The notes beneath the pieces are model-generated. The model ran no database searches, was not told where the DNA came from, and was given only the letters and a program-made list of their open reading frames with translations. The position numbers and the translations under genes are program-made. From positions 1 through 40,662 of the forward strand of contig JBKJQL010000033.1 in NCBI GenBank assembly GCA_046594035.1: a stretch of DNA of 40,662 bases, written 5' to 3'. This DNA comes from Gaiellaceae bacterium. GTDB taxonomy: Bacteria > Actinomycetota > Thermoleophilia > Gaiellales > Gaiellaceae. Shown here piece after piece: positions 26,361 through 35,595 of the stretch (position 1 is its first letter; every line of letters starts with the position of its first letter).

Positions 26361-27296
26361 GTGACCGTTCTCCTCGTCGCGCTCGCGTTCGCGTTCGCGT
26401 GGTCGATCGGCTCGCACTACACGGGCGCGTGCATGGGGATGCCGTACGCGCTCGGGGCGGTCTCGGCGCGAACGGCGCTCCTGCTGATGGCGCCGCTCGC
26501 GCTCCTCGGCGCCTGGCTCGCGAGTGGCAAGGTCGCGACGACGGTGGGACGCAAGCTGATCGATGCGACGCCGACGCGGCTCGGTGAGGTGGTGGTGATC
26601 GCGGTCGCGTTCGGCGTGACGGCGATCTACAACCGCATCCGCATTCCCACCTCGACCATCCAGATCCTCGTCGGCGCAGTCGTCGGCGCCGCGGTCGCAT
26701 CGTCGGTCGGTGTGCACTGGCGCACGATCGGGACGCTCGCTGTGATCTGGGTGGCGGCGCCAGTGGTTGCGGCGGCGATCGGGTTCCTCGGCGGCAAGAC
26801 GCTCGGCTCGGTGAAACGCGTCGGACCGGGGCTCGTGCTCGTCGGCGCTCTGGCGTCGTTCGCGATGGGCGCGAACGATGTCGCGCTGGCGAGCGGCACC
26901 CTCGTCGGGCCAGACGTCCTGAGCGCGCGCGACGCCGGGCTCCTCTGCGGTGTCGGCATCGCTCTGGGCGTGCTGATCACGGGCCGCGGCCTGCTTGACC
27001 GCGTCGCGTTCGACATCGTCGAGGTCGACAGCGTCACAGCGACCACGGCGCAACTCGTGCAGGCGCTGGTGATCCTCATCGCGGTCTCCTTCGGCTACTT
27101 CACCTCGATGAACCAGGCGCTCGTCGGCGCGATGGCAGGCGCCGGTGGCGCGCGCGGCCGGCACGCCGTGAGGACGCGGAACCTGGTGAGCATCGTGCGC
27201 GGCTGGGCGACGGGGCCGCCGACGGCGTTCGCCCTGGCGCTCCTTGCGGCACTTGGCGTCCGGGCGGTCGCGGGAGCCGACAGCCTGGCGCGCTAG
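26361..27296 (+). CDS. PiT/PHO4-family-like anion (phosphate/sulfate) permease, divergent and short
   Basis: Polytopic, 311 aa. The second-half motif FAMGANDVALASG is canonical. The first-half equivalent reads WSIGSHYTGACMG and is degenerate. GTG start. Confidence 0.6.
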   Translation: MTVLLVALAFAFAWSIGSHYTGACMGMPYALGAVSARTALLLMAPLALLGAWLASGKVATTVGRKLIDATPTRLGEVVVIAVAFGVTAIYNRIRIPTSTIQILVGAVVGAAVASSVGVHWRTIGTLAVIWVAAPVVAAAIGFLGGKTLGSVKRVGPGLVLVGALASFAMGANDVALASGTLVGPDVLSARDAGLLCGVGIALGVLITGRGLLDRVAFDIVEVDSVTATTAQLVQALVILIAVSFGYFTSMNQALVGAMAGAGGARGRHAVRTRNLVSIVRGWATGPPTAFALALLAALGVRAVAGADSLAR

Positions 27297-27299
27297 ATT
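27294..27299 (+). promoter_or_regulatory. -10-like hexamer TAGATT 6 nt upstream of the purA GTG (candidate leaderless start)
   Basis: TAGATT-gtccaa-GTG. The hexamer includes the permease TAG stop, and there is no SD. Confidence 0.35.
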
Positions 27300-27305
27300 G
27301 TCCAA

Positions 27306-28574
27306 GTGCCTTCGACCGTAGTGGTCGGCGCGCAGTGGGGCGACGAAGGCAAGGGCAAGATCGTCGACCTGCTCGCCCAGCAATCAGACATCGTGTGCCG
27401 CTATCAAGGCGGTCCCAATGCCGGGCACACAATTGTCGTCGACGGCGAGACGTGGAAGCTGCGTCAGATGCCGAGCGGCGTCGTGTCGGGTACGCAGTCC
27501 GTGATCGGGGCGGGGTGCGTCGTCGACGCGCAGGTGTTCCTCGACGAGGTCGACCTGCTGCAGGAGCGCGGCATCGACCCCTCGATCGTCACGCTCTCCG
27601 GCAACGCGCACCTGATCATGCCGTGGCACCTGACGATCGACCAGGCGTCGGAGCGCCGCCTCGGCAACCTGCAGATCGGTACAACGCGCCGGGGGATCGG
27701 GCCGGCGTACGCCGACAAGGCCTCGCGCATCGGGATCCGCGTGCAGGACGTTCTCGACCCGAAGATCCTGCGGCAGAAGATCGAGGTCGCGCTCGCGGAG
27801 AAGAACCTCTGGCTCGAGCGCATCTACGAATCGGAGCCATTCGACCTCGAAGAGATCTCGTCGCAATACGCCGGGTTCGCGGAGCGCCTCGCGCCGTTCG
27901 TCGGCGACGTGTCGCTGCTCATCAGCCAGGCACTCGACGCCGGTAAGGACGTGCTGTTCGAAGGCGCGCAGGCGACGATGCTCGACCTCGACCACGGCAC
28001 GTATCCCTTCGTCACGTCGTCGAACCCTATTGCCTCGGGCGCCCCGACCGGGATCGGGATCGGCCCGACGCGCATCGACCGCGTGCTCGGCATCTCCAAG
28101 GCATATGTGACGCGCGTCGGCGAAGGCCCGTTCCCGTCGGAGATCGTCGGCCCCGACCAGGAGAAGCTACGCGACCTCGGTGGCGAGTTCGGAACGGTGA
28201 CCGGCCGGATCCGCCGCTGGGGGTGGCTCGACCTGGTCGCACTGCGCTACGCGGTGCGGGTGAACGGGATGACCTCGCTCGCGCTGACGAAGCTCGACGT
28301 GCTCTCCCACTTCGCCGAGTTGCCGGTGTGCATCCGGTACGAACAGCGCGACGGCTCGGAGACCGAGCACTTCCCCGCGCACCAATCGGACTTCCATCAT
28401 GCCGAGCCGGTGTGGGACGTCCTGCCCGGATGGCAGCAGCCGCTCGACGCAGCGACGTCGGTCAACGATCTCCCGACCGCCGCGCGCGAATACGTGGAGT
28501 ACGTGTCGCGTGCCCTTGACGTGCCGATCGAGCTGGTCGGCGTCGGCGCAGCGCGCGAGAACGTCCTCGCGTAG
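27306..28574 (+). CDS. purA: Adenylosuccinate synthase
   Basis: VVVGAQWGDEGKGKIVDLL..RYQGGPNAGHT..GTTRRGIGPAY..KLDVL. Confidence 0.95.
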   Translation: MPSTVVVGAQWGDEGKGKIVDLLAQQSDIVCRYQGGPNAGHTIVVDGETWKLRQMPSGVVSGTQSVIGAGCVVDAQVFLDEVDLLQERGIDPSIVTLSGNAHLIMPWHLTIDQASERRLGNLQIGTTRRGIGPAYADKASRIGIRVQDVLDPKILRQKIEVALAEKNLWLERIYESEPFDLEEISSQYAGFAERLAPFVGDVSLLISQALDAGKDVLFEGAQATMLDLDHGTYPFVTSSNPIASGAPTGIGIGPTRIDRVLGISKAYVTRVGEGPFPSEIVGPDQEKLRDLGGEFGTVTGRIRRWGWLDLVALRYAVRVNGMTSLALTKLDVLSHFAELPVCIRYEQRDGSETEHFPAHQSDFHHAEPVWDVLPGWQQPLDAATSVNDLPTAAREYVEYVSRALDVPIELVGVGAARENVLA

Positions 28575-28635
28575 AGACTTGAAGTGCATTTGAAGCACAC
28601 GCGGATGCGAGCACCTCAATCCACATCACGCCTCT
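28572..28635 (+). repeat. Intergenic element copy 1, from the purA stop to 1 nt before the next ATG; homologous to 33690..33773
   Basis: tagagacttgaagtgcat..cggatgcga gcacctcaatccacatcacgcctct. The last 25 nt match copy 2 at 22/25 by eye. Confidence 0.5.
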
Positions 28636-28636
28636 A

Positions 28637-28834
28637 ATGCTGATCGCCTACACGGCGGACGGTTGGACGCAGGTCGTCGTCGCAATCTCGATCTTCGCCC
28701 CGGTAGCAGCCGCGCTCGCGATCACGATCTACGTCCTCAAGGGTGCCAAGAACGACCCGGACGAGCAGCGCTTCCGCCACGAAGCCGAGGAACGAAAGCG
28801 CCTCGCGGACGAGTCCGAGCAGGCCGGCGGCTAA
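28637..28834 (+). CDS. Hypothetical 65 aa single-TM protein with a charged tail
   Basis: WTQVVVAISIFAPVAAALAITIYVL then KGAKNDPDEQRFRHEAEERKRLADESEQ. High GC3 and no SD. Confidence 0.5.
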   Translation: MLIAYTADGWTQVVVAISIFAPVAAALAITIYVLKGAKNDPDEQRFRHEAEERKRLADESEQAGG

Positions 28835-28866
28835 GCAATTCCGCCGGGCCGCAACAGGCCCCGTCC

Positions 28867-28911
28867 CGTGGTCAGACCAGGGTCACGGAACTGTGACGAA
28901 CAATCCAGAGG
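28867..28911. repeat. 45 nt direct repeat, copy 1, containing the palindrome TGGTC-a-GACCA
   Basis: cgtggtcagaccagggtcacggaactgtgacgaacaatccagagg. It is 34/45 identical (ungapped) to 28975..29019. Confidence 0.5.
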
Positions 28912-28974
28912 CCCGTTTTCTGGCTCGATGCGAGCTGCGCTCTCCTTTCGGCCATGGCTCCTGGCGGCACGTCT

Positions 28975-29019
28975 CGTGGTCCGACCAGGGTGAACGAACT
29001 GCCGCGGACGATCCACGGG
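28975..29019. repeat. 45 nt direct repeat, copy 2, containing the palindrome TGGTC-c-GACCA; abuts the mobA stop
   Basis: cgtggtccgaccagggtgaacgaactgccgcggacgatccacggg. Confidence 0.5.
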
Positions 29020-29544
29020 TCAAAGGTTCTGGAGCTCGGCCGGGGTGTCGACATCGGCCAGGAGCTGTGGGTCGATCTGCAACTCGGCGACGTCGAGGTC
29101 CTCATAGGCGCGGTAGAGCGCGTACGGGCCGTTCGCCAGGCGCTGCTGCAGCGCTGGGAGTGCGCTCTTCGACCAGGCGCCAGGGAGTGGGCCTGTTTGC
29201 GGGACTGCGGCGTCGCGGCATGCATCGCCCAACTCGCGGATCACCTCGGGCGTCACGCGGGGGCAGTCGACGGGCAGAAAGATCACGACGTCGTTCTTCG
29301 CGGCGCGCAAGCCCGCCACGACCCCCGCGATCGGGGCTCGCACCTCGGAAGCGTCGTCGATCACGTCGAAGGGCAGCTCACCCGCCTTCCCCACCACGAG
29401 CACCTCGTCGCACGCTTCGGCAAGGATCCGGCGCGCGCGGTCGACGAACGTCTCGCCGTCGATCTGGGCGAGCGCCTTCGGTGATCCGAACCTCGTGCTC
29501 GCGCCGCCGACCAGGACGACGCCGCTCAGCGCGCGACGCGCCAC
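29020..29544 (-). CDS. mobA: Molybdenum cofactor guanylyltransferase
   Basis: GVVLVGGASTRFGSPKAL..PIAGVVAGL..VIFLPVDCPRVT. GTG 29544 is preferred; the track ORF to 29814 overlaps fdhD. Confidence 0.8.
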   Translation of the reverse strand: MARRALSGVVLVGGASTRFGSPKALAQIDGETFVDRARRILAEACDEVLVVGKAGELPFDVIDDASEVRAPIAGVVAGLRAAKNDVVIFLPVDCPRVTPEVIRELGDACRDAAVPQTGPLPGAWSKSALPALQQRLANGPYALYRAYEDLDVAELQIDPQLLADVDTPAELQNL

Positions 29545-30302
29545 GGGTCCGAGTACACATTCATTCGCCCGCCCCGCACGAATCCGCAGAGCGTCACGCC
29601 GCGATCGCCGGCGAGCTCGACCGCGAGTGACGAGGGGGCGCCGACGGCCACCAGCAGCGGGCATCCGGCCACAGCCGCCTTCTGCACGAGCTCGAACGAG
29701 AGTCTGCCGCTCACGCAGAGGATCGACCGCTCGAGCGGCAAGCGCCCCGCGCCGAAGGCCCAGCCGATCACCTTGTCCATCGCGTTGTGGCGGCCCACGT
29801 CCTCTCGCAGGCACAAGAGCTCACCTTGCTCGTCGAAAAGACCCGTGGCGTGCAGGCCTCCCGTCGCCTCGAAGGCGGGCTGCGCTGCGCGGAGGCGGTC
29901 CGGGAGGAGCGCGATCAGTTCTGCCGCAACAACCAGCTTGCTCTCGACACGCGGCGCCTCCACTGCGACCGCCTCGAGGGCGCCCTTGCCGCAGACGCCA
30001 CAGGAGGACGAGGTGTAGAAGCTCCGCGCCAGGCGGGCCGGGTCGAAGCCCGGCGCGTCCAGCTCGACCGCATTCGCTGCCAGGTCATCCGGCAGCCGGG
30101 CGCCGTCAGGCCGCAGCCCCTCGGAGAGGGCGAAGCCGATCGCCAGCTCCTCGTCGTGCCCGGGCGTGCGCATCGTGATCGCGACGGGTGCGCCGTTGAT
30201 GCGAATCTCGAGCGGCTCCTCGACGGCGACCACGTCTTGCGTCTCGCCGTCCGGGACGCGCACGACGTCGACCTTCGCAGTCGAATAAGGCGGCGCTGCC
30301 AC
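29526..30302 (-). CDS. fdhD: Formate dehydrogenase accessory sulfurtransferase
   Basis: EEPLEIRINGAPVAITMRTPGHDEELAIGFALSEG..SSCGVCGKG..GGLHA..EDVGRHNAMDKVIG..VSGRLSFELVQKAA. GTG 30302 is preferred; the track ORF extends to 30623. Confidence 0.9.
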   Translation of the reverse strand: MAAPPYSTAKVDVVRVPDGETQDVVAVEEPLEIRINGAPVAITMRTPGHDEELAIGFALSEGLRPDGARLPDDLAANAVELDAPGFDPARLARSFYTSSSCGVCGKGALEAVAVEAPRVESKLVVAAELIALLPDRLRAAQPAFEATGGLHATGLFDEQGELLCLREDVGRHNAMDKVIGWAFGAGRLPLERSILCVSGRLSFELVQKAAVAGCPLLVAVGAPSSLAVELAGDRGVTLCGFVRGGRMNVYSDPWRVAR

Positions 30303-30328
30303 CGCCCAAGTATCCGTCAGCCGACCGC

Positions 30329-30691
30329 TCAGGCGGAGGCGCCGGACGCAAGCCCGGAGTCGATCAGGTCGCGATAGAGGTCGCGATAGGCCTCGACGGC
30401 AACCGGGACGTCCCCGAGATCGAACGATTCTCCCGACTCGATCTCGTCCTTGATCTCGCGCGCAGCGATGTACGCGCGCGTGATCTCGGGCTCCTTCAGA
30501 TCTTCGCCGTCCTGCTCGTCGAGCTCGAAGCCCCGGGCTTCCATGATCTCCGTGATCAGCCGGTGCACCTCGGGGATCGCCTCCACGGGCGATTTCTCGA
30601 TGTAGGGGGAGAGCTGCTCCCACTCGCTGATCCAGATGTGCTCGTCGACGCCGGGTTCTTGGGATGAAGCGCCTGTTCCGGCATGGACCAT
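30329..30691 (-). CDS. Hypothetical acidic 120 aa protein upstream of fdhD
   Basis: C-terminal part of track ORF 30329..31153, taken from the ATG at 30691. IWISEWEQLSPYIEKSPVEAIPEVHRLITEIMEARGFELDEQDGEDLKEPE.. High GC3. The start is uncertain because it lies only 27 nt from the divergent purD. Confidence 0.5.
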   Translation of the reverse strand: MVHAGTGASSQEPGVDEHIWISEWEQLSPYIEKSPVEAIPEVHRLITEIMEARGFELDEQDGEDLKEPEITRAYIAAREIKDEIESGESFDLGDVPVAVEAYRDLYRDLIDSGLASGASA

Positions 30692-30706
30692 CGTCAAACC
30701 CGGAAG

Positions 30707-30712
30707 TACACT
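30707..30712 (+). promoter_or_regulatory. -10-like hexamer TACACT 6 nt upstream of the purD GTG (candidate leaderless start)
   Basis: gTACACT-cgcccc-GTG. Confidence 0.4.
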
Positions 30713-30718
30713 CGCCCC

Positions 30719-31918
30719 GTGCAAATCGTGGTCGTCGGTTCCGGTGCGAGGGAGCATGCGCTCGCGTGGCGTCTCGCGCAGAGCCCGGGGCTGACCGAGC
30801 TTCACGCGGCGCCGGGGAACCCGGGAATCGCCCAGCTCGGCCGCTGTCACCCCGTCCGTCCGGAGGACGCCGAGGGGCTGCTCAGCCTGGCGGTCACGAT
30901 CGGCGCCGACCTGGTCGTGATCGGCCCGGAGGGCCCACTCGTGGCCGGCGTGGCGGACGAGCTCCGCCGGAACGGCATTCCCGTCTTCGGGCCGAGCGCC
31001 GACGCAGCGAGGATCGAAGGCTCGAAGGCATTCGCGAAGGATGTGATGCGCGCGGCCGGCGTGCCGATCGCAGAAACACTGTCCGTCGCGCGGGCGCCGT
31101 GCGTCGTCAAGGCGGACGGGCTGGCCTCCGGCAAGGGCGTCTTCGTCTGTCACACCGCAGCGGAGCTCGATGCCGCGCTGCGCGACGTGACCGCATTTGG
31201 AGGCGACTTCGTGATCGAGGAACTGCTCGAGGGCGATGAGGTCTCGCTCTTCGCGCTCAGCGACGGCCGACGAGCGGTGCCGTTCGGCGCGGCGCAGGAC
31301 TTCAAGCGAATCGGCGACGGCGACACAGGCCCGAACACCGGCGGTATGGGCGCGTACTCACCCGTGCCGTGGCTCGAAGGAGCCGACGAGCTCGTCGCAA
31401 CACTGATTCAGCCGGTGGTCGATGAGCTGGCGCACCGCGGATCGCCCTTCATCGGCGTCTTGTTCGCGGGGCTGATGATCACGGCCGACGGCCCGAAGGT
31501 GCTCGAGTTCAACGCGCGCTTCGGGGATCCCGAGACGCAGGTGCTCATGCCGCGGCTCGAAGGCGACCTGTTGCAGGTGCTGTTCGCGTGCGCGGTGGGC
31601 GATCTGTCGGGTTCGCCCGCCCGACTCGGTGACGACGCAGCGGTGACGGTCGTGCTCGCAGCGCCGGACTACCCCGCGCGCAGCGACTTTGCCGGCGCTG
31701 AGATCGAGGGAATCGCCGCCGCGGAGGCCGCGGGCGCGCTCGTGTTTCACGGGGGAACGGCGGTACGGGACGGCACGGTGGTGACAAACGGAGGCAGAAT
31801 CCTCTCTGTGACCGCAACCGGACCCACCGTTGGCGAAGCGCGCGACCGCGCCTATGCGGCGGTCGACCTGATCTCCTTCGACGGCATGAAGTACCGGAAG
31901 GACATCGCAGGTGTCTGA
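30719..31918 (+). CDS. purD: Phosphoribosylamine-glycine ligase
   Basis: VQIVVVGSGAREHALAWRL..APGNPG..VVKADGLASGKGV..GPNTGGMGAYSP..LEFNARFGDPE. Confidence 0.95.
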   Translation: MQIVVVGSGAREHALAWRLAQSPGLTELHAAPGNPGIAQLGRCHPVRPEDAEGLLSLAVTIGADLVVIGPEGPLVAGVADELRRNGIPVFGPSADAARIEGSKAFAKDVMRAAGVPIAETLSVARAPCVVKADGLASGKGVFVCHTAAELDAALRDVTAFGGDFVIEELLEGDEVSLFALSDGRRAVPFGAAQDFKRIGDGDTGPNTGGMGAYSPVPWLEGADELVATLIQPVVDELAHRGSPFIGVLFAGLMITADGPKVLEFNARFGDPETQVLMPRLEGDLLQVLFACAVGDLSGSPARLGDDAAVTVVLAAPDYPARSDFAGAEIEGIAAAEAAGALVFHGGTAVRDGTVVTNGGRILSVTATGPTVGEARDRAYAAVDLISFDGMKYRKDIAGV

Positions 31919-32321
31919 CACCGTCGTCGGGATCCTCGTCGGCTCCGAGTCCGACCGCGCGCGGATGCAGGCCGCGATGGACGAGTTGGACGCGCGCTCG
32001 ATCGGCTGGGAGTTCGACGTCCGCTCGGCTCACCGGATGCCCGACGCGGTCGCCGAGTACGCGAAGAGCGCGGCGGACCGCGGCCTCAAGGTCCTGATCT
32101 GCGGCGCCGGCCTCGCTGCCGCACTGCCGGGGGTCGTCGCAGCTCACACCGAACTGCCGGTGATCGGCGTGCCGCTCCGCTCGTCGATGTCAGTCCTCGA
32201 CGGGCTGGACGCGCTGCTGTCGATCGTCCAGATGCCCCCCGGCGTTCCCGTGGCGACGGTCGGCGTCGACAACGCGAAGAACGCGGCTGTCCTGGCCGCT
32301 CGCATCCTCGCTCTGACGTAA
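31911..32321 (+). CDS. purE: 5-(carboxyamino)imidazole ribonucleotide mutase
   Basis: VGILVGSESDRARM..SAHRMPD..ICGAGLAAALPGVVAAHTELPVIGVP. GTG start overlaps the purD end. At 136 aa it is somewhat short at the C-terminus. Confidence 0.9.
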   Translation: MSDTVVGILVGSESDRARMQAAMDELDARSIGWEFDVRSAHRMPDAVAEYAKSAADRGLKVLICGAGLAAALPGVVAAHTELPVIGVPLRSSMSVLDGLDALLSIVQMPPGVPVATVGVDNAKNAAVLAARILALT

Positions 32322-32380
32322 TTCTCTGCAACGAGCGGCCGGCCGACGGGCGCCGGACGGATGACCGCCTGAGGCGGCTC

Positions 32381-32386
32381 TACACT
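32381..32386 (+). promoter_or_regulatory. -10-like hexamer TACACT 7 nt upstream of the purB GTG (candidate leaderless start)
   Basis: cTACACT-gtccgga-GTG. Confidence 0.4.
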
Positions 32387-32393
32387 GTCCGGA

Positions 32394-33689
<1,296 letters not shown>

Positions 33690-33692
<3 letters not shown>

Positions 33693-33773
33693 AGGCTCAA
33701 TGTGGATCTAGGGCACTCACGGATGGTGGCTCAGAGCCATCCCCGCAAGCACCCAAATCCACATCAAGCCTCT
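33690..33773 (+). repeat. Intergenic element copy 2, from the purB stop toward purC; homologous to 28572..28635 with a roughly 20 nt internal insertion
   Basis: tagaggctcaatgtggatctagggcactcacggatggtggctcagagccatccccgcaa gcacccaaatccacatcaagcctct. atgtggat (33700-33707) is complementary to atccacat (33757-33764). Confidence 0.5.
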
Positions 33774-33794
33774 CTCCGAAGGAGGAACCTGTCC

Positions 33795-34655
33795 ATGTCT
33801 GAAGCGACGCACGTCGGCAGCGGGAAAGTCCGCGAGCTGTACGCGCTCGACGACGAGCGCCTGTTGCTCGTTGCGAGCGACCGAATCTCGACGTTCGACG
33901 TCATTCTCCCCACCGAGATTCCGGACAAGGGCCGCGTGCTCACCGGCGTGTCGGGCTTCTGGTTCGCGCGGACGAGCGATCTCGTGCCGAACCACCTGCT
34001 CGCGCTGCGCGACGACGGACGCTCCACCGAGTGCCGCAAGCTGCAGATGCTGCCGATCGAGTGTGTCGTCCGCGGCTACCTGGCAGGGTCGGGCTGGAAG
34101 GACTACCTGGCGACGGGCGAGGTGTGCGGCCACAAGCTGCCGGAGGGCCTGGTCGAGTCGCAGCAACTGCCGCGCCCGATCTTCACGCCGGCGACCAAGG
34201 CCGAGACGGGTCACGACGAGAACATCGACCGCGCCGCCGCGATCGAGCTGGTCGGCGAGGAACGGTTCGACGAGGTCGAGGCCGTCGCGCTCGCGCTCTA
34301 CTCGTTCGTCTCGGACTACGCGCGCGAGCGCGGGATCATCCTCGCCGACACGAAGCTCGAGTTCGGCCTCGACGAGCGTGGCGAGCTCGTGCTCGGAGAC
34401 GAGGCGTTCACGCCGGACTCCTCGCGCTTCTGGCCCGCCGACGAATACCGCCCTGGCGGGACTCCGCCGTCGTACGACAAGCAGTTCGTCCGCGACTACT
34501 GCGAGTCGCTCGGCTGGGACAAGACCTCTCCCGGGCCCGAGCTTCCGGACGCGGTCGTCACGGGCACGCGCGCCCGCTACGTCGAGGCGTTCGAACGGCT
34601 GACGGGAATCGCATTCGACGACTACGTCGCAGATCCGAGCGTGGTGCTTCGATGA
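33795..34655 (+). CDS. purC: SAICAR synthase
   Basis: GSGKVRELY..LLLVASDRISTFDV..ILADTKLEFG. RBS gaaggagga lies upstream. Internal ATG of track ORF 33702..34655. Confidence 0.95.
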   Translation: MSEATHVGSGKVRELYALDDERLLLVASDRISTFDVILPTEIPDKGRVLTGVSGFWFARTSDLVPNHLLALRDDGRSTECRKLQMLPIECVVRGYLAGSGWKDYLATGEVCGHKLPEGLVESQQLPRPIFTPATKAETGHDENIDRAAAIELVGEERFDEVEAVALALYSFVSDYARERGIILADTKLEFGLDERGELVLGDEAFTPDSSRFWPADEYRPGGTPPSYDKQFVRDYCESLGWDKTSPGPELPDAVVTGTRARYVEAFERLTGIAFDDYVADPSVVLR

Positions 34656-34894
34656 AGGCGACCGTGCTCGTCCGGCCGAAGCCGGGGATCCTCGATCCGC
34701 AAGGCCAGGCGGTCGAGTCCTCGCTCCGCCAGCTCGGCTTCGAAGTCAGCGATGCGCGCGTCGGCCGGCTGGTCGATGTGGACGTCGCGACCGACGACGA
34801 GGCCGAGGCGCTCGTCCAGATCGAACGGATGTGCGAGCAGCTCCTGACGAACCCGCTGATCGAGACCTATGAGATCGAGTTGGAGCGCGCGTGA
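34652..34894 (+). CDS. purS: FGAM synthase subunit PurS
   Basis: MKATVLVRPKPGILDPQGQAVESSLRQLGF..NPLIETYEIE. ATGA overlap with the purC stop. Confidence 0.9.
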   Translation: MKATVLVRPKPGILDPQGQAVESSLRQLGFEVSDARVGRLVDVDVATDDEAEALVQIERMCEQLLTNPLIETYEIELERA

Positions 34895-35595
34895 GCGAGC
34901 CGCGCCCGGTCATCCCGGTCGTCGTCTGGCCGGGCTCGAACGACGACCGCGATGCGCAGCAGGCGCTTGAAGGCCTCGGCGCGGAATCCCCGCGCATCTG
35001 GCACACGGACGAGGTGCTCCCCCGCGAGACGGCAGGCGTAGTCCTCCCCGGCGGGTTCTCGTACGGCGACTACCTGCGCTGCGGCGCGATCGCGCGCTTC
35101 TCGCCGGTGCTGCGCGCGGTCGAGGCATTTGCCGCCGACGGCGGGCTCGTACTCGGGATCTGCAACGGCTTTCAGATCCTGACCGAGGCCGGGCTCCTCC
35201 CGGGCGCCTTGCGGCCGAACGCCTCGCTGTCGTTCGTCTGCCGCGACGTCCCGCTCCGCGTCGAGCGCACCGACACGCCGTTCACCTCGCGGTGCCCTGA
35301 CGGCCATCAGCTGACGATCCCCGTAAAGCACGGGGACGGCTGCTGGTTCGCAGACGACGCACTGCTCGAGGAGCTCGAAGCGAACGGCCAACTCGCACTC
35401 CGCTACGCGGCAGGCGCGAATCCGAACGGAGCAATCGCCGACGTTGCGGGCGTCCTGAACGCCGACGGCAACGTGTTCGGTCTGATGCCGCATCCAGAGC
35501 ATGCGGTCGATTCACTGCTCGGGTCCGAGGACGGCGCGCTGATTCTCGGGTCGCTGGTCGACGCTGCTCGATTGTCGCTCGCACCTGCCGTCTAG
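34891..35595 (+). CDS. purQ: FGAM synthase glutaminase subunit PurQ
   Basis: VVLPGGFSYGDYLR..GICNGFQILTEAGLLPG..MPHPEH. GTGA overlap with the purS stop. No purL follows. Confidence 0.9.
   Translation: MSEPRPVIPVVVWPGSNDDRDAQQALEGLGAESPRIWHTDEVLPRETAGVVLPGGFSYGDYLRCGAIARFSPVLRAVEAFAADGGLVLGICNGFQILTEAGLLPGALRPNASLSFVCRDVPLRVERTDTPFTSRCPDGHQLTIPVKHGDGCWFADDALLEELEANGQLALRYAAGANPNGAIADVAGVLNADGNVFGLMPHPEHAVDSLLGSEDGALILGSLVDAARLSLAPAV

Noticed and set aside
31911-32321. purE as a truncated gene or pseudogene (136 aa), together with the absence of purK after purE and purL after purQ.
   Set aside because: The N-terminus and the catalytic-loop motifs (GSESD, SAHR, GAGLAAALPG) are intact and the reading frame is clean. 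The missing partners are most simply encoded elsewhere, since the pur genes are evidently dispersed in this genome.
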